This document shows, piece after piece, positions 22,822 through 30,132 of a stretch of DNA of 64,000 nucleotides. The translations under genes were made by a program, and so were the position numbers. The notes under the pieces are model-generated. The model saw nothing but the letters and a program-made list of their open reading frames with translations. It ran no database searches and was not told the origin of the DNA. This DNA is from Cyanidioschyzon merolae (taxonomy: Eukaryota), in NCBI GenBank assembly GCA_000091205.1, contig AP006490.2. One strand, 5' to 3'. Every line of letters begins with the position of its first letter. The stretch's first letter is position 1.

Positions 22822-23351
22822 AACATTCATGTGATATCGATTGCATAAATTGGATATAAAGGCTTGTTGGCGTCCGCTCCCACGCGCAGTTGGACAATCA
22901 TGACTTTAGCGTATATTTATGTATTAAACGGACACACTTCTCTGCATTCCGTTTTGCGGCTCTCCGCATGGGTGTCGATCACGGCTAGGCGAGCCCATTC
23001 CGAGCAACTAGGCGTCAATCGCTGGCGCTGCGACCCACGGACTGATAGGACGCGCTTTAGACAGAATGGCCCATTGTCTTGCTCCTAGCGCGCTGCGTGC
23101 CGCGTCTCCATACGCGTCGGACTCGTCGCGGCAACGTTGCGAAGACCCGTCGCCTCCGCGGCTGTTCGTTTTGTACACGGCAGAGCGGCGACTCGGTCCT
23201 GGACCATGCGCGTGATGCCTGTCGTCGCCCCGCAAAACGGCTGTCTCTCTAAGCGCTACACGTTTGCGCATTGTTTGCGTGTCGGCATGACGCGCAACTG
23301 GCAGAACAGCGCCGTATAGCACTCGCACAGACGCGAGCGTGGACAGAAAAG

Positions 23352-23422
23352 CAGGTACAGGCATAGGTACAGGCATAGGTACAGGCATAGGTACAGGCAT
23401 AGGTACAGGCATAGGTACAGGT
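23352..23422. repeat. 12-bp minisatellite (GTACAGGCATAG)n, about 6 units. The homologous site in the other palindrome arm (about 27105-27125) has about 2 units.
   Basis: 'gtacaggcataggtacaggcatag...' run. It generates the (PMPV)n and (YACT)n artefact ORFs. Confidence 0.9.
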
Positions 23423-23620
23423 GTGGGCTCCAGGTCGGCCCCGGAGAAGGAAGCGTGTGCAAGTACCATGGCGGCTAAAAATCGTTCGCAAAATATCACT
23501 TTATAGGCATCGAGGCTACGCATCAACGCACGGACGATCACTCACTCGCTTTCCATAGGTCGTATCCTTCCTCCATTGCATCCGGTCTTCCTTACATCAA
23601 GGCTTTCACCGCTCTCCGCT

Positions 23621-23914
23621 TTAGTTCCCCTGGAACTTTTCCTTGGTGGCATCTGCTGCGTGCTCTATTCCTTTCTTCGCAGACTGACCGGTTTCCTTCA
23701 GGTGATCCACTGCATCACCCGCCTTGTCTTGAGCTTTCTCCTGTGCGGACTTTTGCCCGGTGAGATCACGGAACTTGTCAGAGATCGTCTCCTTCGCCGA
23801 TGAAAACGCACCAGTGACAGACTCTTTCGCAGAATCCAAAGCGCCACCCGCTTTCTTCTCCGTATCTTTGAGAGCCGACTGTGCTGAGCTTGTATCTTGA
23901 GCTCCGGAAGACAT
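23621..23914 (-). CDS. Small hydrophilic stress-protein-like gene, copy A (97 aa; CsbD/LEA/Con-6-like, K/E/A/Q/G-rich)
   Basis: 'MSSGAQDTSSAQSALKDTEKKAGGALDSAKESVTGAFSSAKETISDKFRDLTGQKSAQEKAQDKAGDAVDHLKETGQSAKKGIEHAADATKEKFQGN*'. The paralog in the other arm has the same length and about 75% aa identity. The listed ORF 23621..24934 is a chance read-through from the upstream element. Confidence 0.6.
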   Translation of the reverse strand: MSSGAQDTSSAQSALKDTEKKAGGALDSAKESVTGAFSSAKETISDKFRDLTGQKSAQEKAQDKAGDAVDHLKETGQSAKKGIEHAADATKEKFQGN

Positions 23915-24040
23915 ATCACAATTTATAATGCTTTCGTAAACTCGAAAAATGCATATGCAAATGAGGTACCACGGCGCGCGCGGTGGCCGCACAGCCACAA
24001 ACACAGGAGATTTTACCGCAACAGGACCCGCACGCACCGC

Positions 24041-25320
24041 AGTTTGAAAGTCGAACGACGGCGGTGTACAGTAGCGGCGAACGATGCGCCCTAGACGACG
24101 TCTCCAACTGAGGTGCAGACGCCTCCCGGCCTTTTTGGACCGGCCACCCGCTACTGCTTCCAACTTTTTCTCAAATAATTCCACTTTGGGAGGTTGTCCA
24201 ATAACGTTCTCTCGTGGCAACTCTGGAGGTCTGCTCTCGAGCACCGCACATGTCGTTATCTTGATAGCGGCGTTAAAGTCTCGGTTCACAAACTCCATAC
24301 GTTCCGTGCCATCATTGGTTGTACTTACTAATGCAAGCAGTCCCCGAACTTTCGCCCTCCTTTCCATTTGCGCTTCCGTCAGCGGTCCGTACTTTGCTAT
24401 TCCCTCAGGGCTGCTCCGACACTTTTCTATCTCGACACTTTGAAGTGTACACCCCAGTTCATGGTGTGTATACGATGTTCGGAACTCATCTATCGATATC
24501 GTAACAAAACGTCGTGCACACTCTATGTACGTTCTCGTCGTTAGAGCTGGTGTACACCTTTTTTGGGTCTTCCAGCGCCCTGATCCGTACGCTACTACCA
24601 GCCTTTGGCTCTCGTCCTCCTTCAGGGCGTTCAACTCATTGAAAAAGTTCGCGAGCACGCGCTGCCTCCCACCGTATAGACTCATTCGCAGACGAGCCCA
24701 CCGGGGCTTTGTATACTCCTCCCGTAGCGCCTCCCGATGAGGAACACGAACTTCCATGACTTTCCGAGAAGCTTGAAAGTGTGCTCCGCGGCCCGTCACC
24801 TCGCTCAAAGCTTCCAGGTGATCCTTCATTCCTGCATCCCATGCAGGAATTTTCTTCCTCGCATTCATGACTCCCGATTCTCGATAGTATCTTGCTCTCG
24901 GGAACCTCAAAAGACGCATGTCTTTCTGACGCAAGGAACCGTCAGTACTATCTTCCGCACGCTACGCTGCGCGATGGTTATGATACTCGTATTCTCAGGG
25001 TCCGCGCCAACGACAAAGCCGTTATCTTGCACTTTCTGCACCGCAGGATCCGCCTCCTTCTCATCTTCATGCTGCACCACGTCAACGACAAAGTCGTTAT
25101 CCTGCACTTTCTGCGTCGCGGTACCCGCCTCCTTCTCATCTTCTTGCTGCGCCACGTCAACGACAAAGTAGTTATCCTGCACTTCCTGTGTGGCAGGATC
25201 CGCCTCTTTGTTTTCTGCATCCTTCGTCACGGGCGGAGCCGAGGGCGGAACTGGCCGATCTGTCTTCAACCGCCGATAGTGTACACACAAGGCTACTCCA
25301 TCGGTTTCGATCATCCCAGT
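24041..25320 (-). mobile_element. TnpB/Fanzor-like element, copy 1. The 3' about 1.3 kb is present; the 5' end is truncated at the palindrome centre. It carries a frameshift shared with copy 3 and has lost its stop codon (TGA to TGT).
   Basis: ORFs 24907..25326 (- '...VGADPENTSIITIA') and 23621..24934 (- 'MRQKDMRLLRF...MEFVNRDFNAAIKITTCAVLE...GRSKKAGRRLHLSWRRRLGRIVRRY'). About 98% identical to the 3' half of the 27.4-30.1 kb copy. Confidence 0.8.
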
Positions 25321-25372
25321 GAACAACTTTTGTTTGCTGACTTTGAGCCGTTCGAAACTGAAGATATTCTTC

Positions 25373-26572
25373 GTTGGGATGATCGAAACCGATGGAGCAG
25401 CCTTGTGTGTACACTATCGGCGGTTTCAGGCGGATCATCCAGCTCCGTCTTCGACTTCGCCGGGACGGAGCATGAAGCGAAGAAAGAGGCGGATCGTGCC
25501 ACGCAGAAAGTGCAGGATAAAGAATTTCCCATTGACGCTACGAAGCATGAAGATGAGATGGAGGCGGATACCGCGACGCAGGAGATGCAGGATAACGACT
25601 TTGTCGTTGGCGCGGACCCTTGGAACACGAATATCATTGGCATGGCTGTACCCAAGCGTGCGGAAGATGGTATCAACGACAGCCCATTTCAGAGAGACAT
25701 GCGTCTGTTGAGATTCTCGAGAGCAAGATACTACCTAGAATTGGGAATCATGAATGCAAGGAAGGAAATTGAGGCATGGAATGCGGAAGTGAAAGAGCAT
25801 CAGGAAGCTTTGAGCGAGGTGACAAGCCGAGGAGCGGGCTTTCAAGCTTTTCTGAAATTCATGGAAGTTCGCATTGCGCACTGGGATGCATTGTGGGAGG
25901 AGTATACAAAGCCCCGGTGGGCTCGTTTGCAAATGAATCTATACGTTGGGAAGCAGCGGGCCTTCGCGAGTTTTTTCAATCAGTTGAGTGCCCTGAAGGA
26001 GGATGAAAATCAGAGGCTCGTAGTAGCGTATAGAGCAGGGCGCTGGGCGCCCAAGAAAGGCACTACGCCAGCTCCAACGACGGGGGCGTACAAGGAGTGC
26101 GCACGGCGTTTCGTCGCGATACCGATAGATGAGTTCCGTTCGTCCTATACACTCCATGAACTGGGGTGTACACTTCAGAGAGTGGAGATGGAAAAGTGCC
26201 AACGGAGCCCTGAGGAAATAGCAAAGTACGGACCTCTGACGGAAGAGCAAATGGAAAGGAGGGCGAAACTTCGGGGGCTACTTGCATTAGTAAGTACAAC
26301 CAGTGATGGCAAGGAACGTATGGAGTTTTTAAACCGAGACTTTAACGTCGCTATCAATTTAAGGAGATGTGCGGTGCTGGAGACGAGACCTCCAGAGCTG
26401 ACAAGAGAGAACTTTGTTGGACAACCGCCCAAAGTAGAACTATATGAGAAAATATGGAATCAGTAGTAGGTGGCCGGTCCAAAAAGGCTGGGAGGCGTCT
26501 GCACGTCAGTGGGAGATGTTTCGTCTAGGGCGCGTGCTTCGCCACTATTGTACACCGTTGGCGTCGTTCGAG
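25373..26572 (+). mobile_element. TnpB/Fanzor-like element, copy 2. The 3' about 1.2 kb is present; this is an older, more diverged subfamily member and is in-frame through the RuvC-I region.
   Basis: ORF 24892..26466 from '[16 protein letters not shown]' onward reads '...DNDFVVGADPWNTNIIGMA...ERMEFLNRDFNVAINLRRCAVLETRPPELTRENFVGQPPKVELYEK'. About 80% aa identity to other copies. The 3' module 'ggtggccggtccaaaaaggctgggaggcgtctgcacgtcag...gtacaccgttggcgtcgttcga' is present. Confidence 0.75.
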
Positions 26573-26605
26573 TGCGAAAGGTGTTCCCTTAGCGTCGCAG
26601 TGACA

Positions 26606-26899
26606 ATGTCTTCTGGGTCGCAGGATACCTCTTCTGGTCAATCAGTTCTCAAAGATGCCGAGGCGAAGGTAGGCAGTGCATGGGAATCCACGAAGGAGTC
26701 AGTTTCTGAAGCGTTCACTTCGGCCAAGGAGACTATCTCTGACAAGTATCGTGATCTCACCGGCCAAAAGTCCGCGCAGGAGAAAGCCCAAGACAAGGCG
26801 AGCGAGGCGGTGGATCACCTAAAGGAAACCGGTCAGTCCGCGAAGGAGAGTTTGCAGCACGCTGCAGATGCAGCCTCGGAAAAGTTAAAGGACGGCTAA
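26606..26899 (+). CDS. Small hydrophilic stress-protein-like gene, copy B (97 aa)
   Basis: 'MSSGSQDTSSGQSVLKDAEAKVGSAWESTKESVSEAFTSAKETISDKYRDLTGQKSAQEKAQDKASEAVDHLKETGQSAKESLQHAADAASEKLKDG*'. Same length as copy A, intact ORF, and it begins about 35 bp after the copy-2 element terminus. Confidence 0.6.
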   Translation: MSSGSQDTSSGQSVLKDAEAKVGSAWESTKESVSEAFTSAKETISDKYRDLTGQKSAQEKAQDKASEAVDHLKETGQSAKESLQHAADAASEKLKDG

Positions 26900-27703
26900 C
26901 GGAGAGAGCGTAGAAAGACTTGAGTGAAGGATGCACGGAAGTAAAACAGGAAGGATACGACCTATGGACAGCGAGTGAGTGATCGTCCGTGCGTTGATGC
27001 GTAGCCTCGATGCCTATAAAGTGATGTTTTGCGAACGATTTTTAGCCGCCATGGTACTTGCACACGCGTCCCGCTCCGGGGCCGACCCGCAGCCCACACC
27101 TGTACCTATGCCTGTACCTGCTTTCCTGTCCACGCCCGCGTCTGTGTGAGTGCTATACGGCGCTGTTCTGCCAGTTGCGCGTCATGCCGACACCCAAACA
27201 ATGCGCAAACGTATAGCGCTTATAGAGAGATAGTTGTTCCGCGGGGCGAGCGCCCGCAATCGCAGTCGAGGGCACAATCGACTCGATCGCTGCCGCACGG
27301 GGCGCGACGCATCGCACGCTGTGGTGCAGCGCAGCGCGTACCGGCCTCTGGAAGCAAGTTGTGCGCAGCAGCGATCTGAGGCCTTTATCCATCGGTGCAG
27401 CGTCTCGCGCGGTGCACGCATCGCGCTCGGTGAGCGTACCCGGGAGATCAGGCAGATATGAGACACGACGCGCATGTCGCCGCTGAAGGGAAACGCGATC
27501 CTGACCATTCGTTGACGTGTTGTTCTAACGTAAAACTTGTATTTGCATTGGAATCGTAACAGAATATATTGTTTCATCTCAGTCGTGTTTCAACCTTCAA
27601 GTAAAAATACTCGAGCGCTTTTTCGCGGTTTAGAGCAGAGACGTTAATAGTGCGTTCTAAATCAAAAAAAAAAAACTAAAAAAGGAAAGTTCTGGACAGC
27701 GAA

Positions 27704-30068
27704 GTGGAGGACCCTGGAGGGTCAGTATCGCTGGCAGGCGAGAAAAAAGGAGCAAAAGAGCCAAACATAGAAGAACGAGACAAGACGAAGAAGCAGACGG
27801 GGGAGGTCCTACGTCAATGGCTGCAAGAAAGACGACAGTACGACGAGATGGAGGTGAAAACCTGTCTTCTCGGCTATAGCAAGGATTCGTAGAAGAAAAA
27901 ATTGCGAGAGTCCATCAGAAACTGTGACGAGTCGGACTCCATGAGTTTTCGTAAGACTTCTTTAGGAATGATGCATCTAGCGAGGGAGATGTATCGCGAC
28001 GTGACGCACATGGAAACAGTCGATGTTCCAGAAAAATTTTGCAACAGGAACTTTATTCTTCACCTGATGCTTGGTACAGGGGAAACATCGAGGAGAAATG
28101 AGCGGGTTCACGCCCTCCACGAAAACTTCGCGGAATTCCGCTTCGAGGGTACTCGGTACAGAGGTGACTCGAATATTTACATATACGGGGCGATGAAGTA
28201 CCTCACGAATCTGAAGAACCATTTGACAGTGAACCTTGAACGTTTCATGAGACGCTCGGTGTTTGCACTCTACCGGGGCATCTCTCGCACAGGAATACGG
28301 GCGATTACCAATGGCATCACCAACGAGCACCAGAATGAAGATGAAGTCGAATTTGTCGACAAGAAGGCGTCAAACGAGCGCACGAATGAAGCCTCTGTAA
28401 TCCGTGCGGTTATACAAGAGCGCCGTGCAATCTTGGGGTTGGCGGATCCAATAGACAAGATACCAGAGTTGAAAAAAAATATAAGGAAAGACACTATCGC
28501 CTCATCCTGCGATATTTCGTGTTTTTGCACCGAGAGCCCGAACGCAGTGCGCAGATGAAGCCGAGTGAGGAAAAAATATGAAGAGTGGGAGAGACGGAAA
28601 GCTTTCCTAATGGGGAAGCGCTTCAACGTCGTTCCAATGTGCAGCATCAAGTCACATTTTGTGACTGTCGACCCAACGTACGTTACAGCAAATTGAAGGA
28701 GATCTGTCCGGAGTTCAATGTAAGGAAGACAGAGTTCGCCGGTGAAAACCGGGAGACGTACTGGAAGAACATCTTCAATTTCAAACGGCTCAAAGTCAGC
28801 AAACAAAAGTTGTTCACTGGGATGATCGAAACCGATGGAGTAGCCTTGTGTGTACACTATCGGCGGTTGAAGACAGATCGGCCAGTTCCGCCCTCGGCTC
28901 CGCCCGTGACGAAGGATGCAGAAAACAAAGAGGCGGATCCTGCCACACAGGAAGTGCAGGATAACGACCTTGTCTTGACGTGGAGCAGCATGAAGATGAG
29001 AAGGAGGCGGATACCGCGACGCAGAAAGTGCAGGATAACGACTTTGTCGTTGACGTGGTGCAGCATGAAGATGAGAAGGAGGCGGATCCTGCGGTGCAGA
29101 AAGTGCAAGATAACGGCTTTGTTGCTGGCGCGGACCCCGGGAATACGAATATCATCACCATCGCAGCACCGAGGCGTGCGGAAGATGGTACTGACGGTTC
29201 CTTGCGTCAGAAAGACATGGGTCTTTTGAGGTTCCGGAGAGCAAGATACTATCGAGAATCGGGAGTCATGAATGCGAGGAAGAAAATTCCTGCATGGGAT
29301 GCAGGAATGAAGGATCACCTGGAAGCTTTGAGCGAGGTGACGGGCCGCGGAGCACACTTTCAAGCTTCTCGGAAAGTCATGGAAGTTCGTGTTCCTCATC
29401 GGGAGGCGCTACGGGAGGAGTATACAAAGCCCCGGTGGGCTCGTCTGCGAATGAGTCTATACGGTGGGAGGCAGCGCGTGCTCGCGAACTTTTTCAATGA
29501 GTTGAACGCCCTGAAGGAGGACGAGAGCCAAAGGCTGGTAGTAGCGTACGGATCAGGGCGCTGGAAGACCCAAAAAAGGTGTACACCAGCTCTAACGACG
29601 AGAACGTACATAGAGTGTGCACGACGTTTTGTTACGATATCGATAGATGAGTTCCGAACATCGTATACACACCATGAACTGGGGTGTACACTTCAAAGTG
29701 TCGAGATAGAAAAGTGCCAGAGCAGCCCTGAGGGAATAGCAAAGTACGGACCGCTGACGGAAGCGCAAATGGAAAGGAGGGCGAAAGTTCGGGGACTGCT
29801 TGCATTAGTAAGTACAACCAATGATGGCACGGAACGTATGGAGTTTGTGAACCGAGACTTTAACGCCGCTATCAAGATAACGACATGTGCGGTGCTCGAG
29901 AGCAGACCTCCAGAGTTGCCACGAGAGAACGTTATTGGACAACCTCCCAAAGTGGAGTTATTTGAGAAAAAGTTGGAGGCAGTAGCGGGTGGCCGGTCCA
30001 AAAAGGCCGGGAGGCGTCTGCACCTCAGTTGGAGACGTCGTCTAGGGCGCATCGTTCGCCGCTACTGA
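27704..30068 (+). pseudogene. TnpB/Fanzor-like RuvC-family protein gene, disrupted (in-frame stop SKDS*; about 1-bp deletions near 28667 and 28960; a possible 100-nt GT..AG intron at 28530-28629)
   Basis: Reconstructed order: N-terminal '...MYRDVTHMETVDVPEKF...' is followed by a WED-like '...[36 protein letters not shown]'. An acidic 25-aa repeat of about three units precedes 'GADPGNT' (RuvC-I D). Next come '...LVVAYGSGRW' (RuvC-II position, Glu apparently replaced), a degenerate Zn-ribbon 'TSYTHHELGC...C', then 'NRDFNAAIKI' (RuvC-III D). Compare the TnpB consensus RDxNAAxNIxRRG. Confidence 0.7.
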
Positions 30069-30075
30069 ACCACTG
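29930..30075 (+). ncRNA. Candidate omegaRNA-like conserved 3'-terminal module, overlapping the ORF's last about 45 codons and ending at the element terminus
   Basis: A single string is conserved in all copies and in both solo fragments: 'ggtggccggtccaaaaaggccgggaggcgtctgcacctcagttggagacgtcgtctagggcgcatcgttcgccgctactg(tacaccgccgtcgttcgacttt)'. Short hairpins are visible: GGCC...GGCC, GAGG...CCTC, CGTCT...AGACG. By analogy, the TnpB/Fanzor guide RNA scaffold is encoded at the 3' end of the ORF and the right end. Confidence 0.3.
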
Positions 30076-30132
30076 GCGGCAGCGTTTTTCTTTTGAAAAG
30101 CGTTTGCTGCTCGGGGTGCTAGCGTTCCTGAA

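Larger units (their letters stand above)
23070..27350. repeat. Large palindromic inverted duplication. Left arm about 23070-25320, right arm about 25373-27350, with a 52-bp unique centre at 25321-25372. Arm identity decays outward.
   Basis: Each arm carries a small-protein gene and a 5'-truncated TnpB/Fanzor-like copy. Reverse-complement matches include 'ccatcggtttcgatcatccca' against 'tgggatgatcgaaaccgatgg' at the centre, the CsbD-like ORFs, and 'aagcgctacacgtttgcgcattgtttgcgtgtcggcatgacgcgcaactggcagaacagcgccgtatagcactc' at about 23260 and 27215. Confidence 0.85.
27410..30075 (+). mobile_element. TnpB/Fanzor-like element, copy 4. Near full length, about 2.7 kb. A 5' noncoding leader with a poly-A tract is followed by an ORF of about 720 codons interrupted by one stop and at least two 1-bp frameshifts. 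The 3' terminus ends a few bp after the stop codon.
   Basis: The left end is defined by homology with the 46.05-46.35 kb copy ('cggtgagcg(c/t)acc(t/c)gggagatcaggcaga(c/t)atgagacacgac...gaagggaaacg'). The ORF pieces are 27704..27892, 27902..28558, 28585..29229 and 28980..30068. The RuvC-I-like motif is '[17 protein letters not shown]' and the RuvC-III-like motif is 'ERMEFVNRDFNAAIKI'. Confidence 0.8.

Noticed and set aside
24084-24443. Antisense ORF of 85-119 aa ('...ALKSRFTNSIRS...SISTL') that stays open in all four element copies (also 29693..30052, 26175..26432, and within 43372..44145)
   Set aside because: It is the reverse-complement reading of the conserved RuvC-III/3' module. Its persistence is explained by conservation of the sense strand plus GC-rich codon usage. 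It has no independent coding signature. This could be revisited if an antisense transcript is found.
23621-24934. 437-aa ORF apparently fusing the TnpB-like C-terminus to the small hydrophilic protein
   Set aside because: The fusion is caused by a single stop-codon substitution (TGA to TGT) in this copy only. Other copies end with '...GRIVRRY*', and the small gene has its own conserved Met start in both palindrome arms.
27410-27450. Terminal inverted repeats for the element, looked for by comparing the right end '...gtacaccgccgtcgttcgacttt' with left-end sequences
   Set aside because: There is only weak, statistically unconvincing similarity ('ggcggggtgtcggacac' against 'ggcggtgtacag'). Ends are defined here by inter-copy homology only, and the left boundary at about 27410 / 46345 remains approximate.
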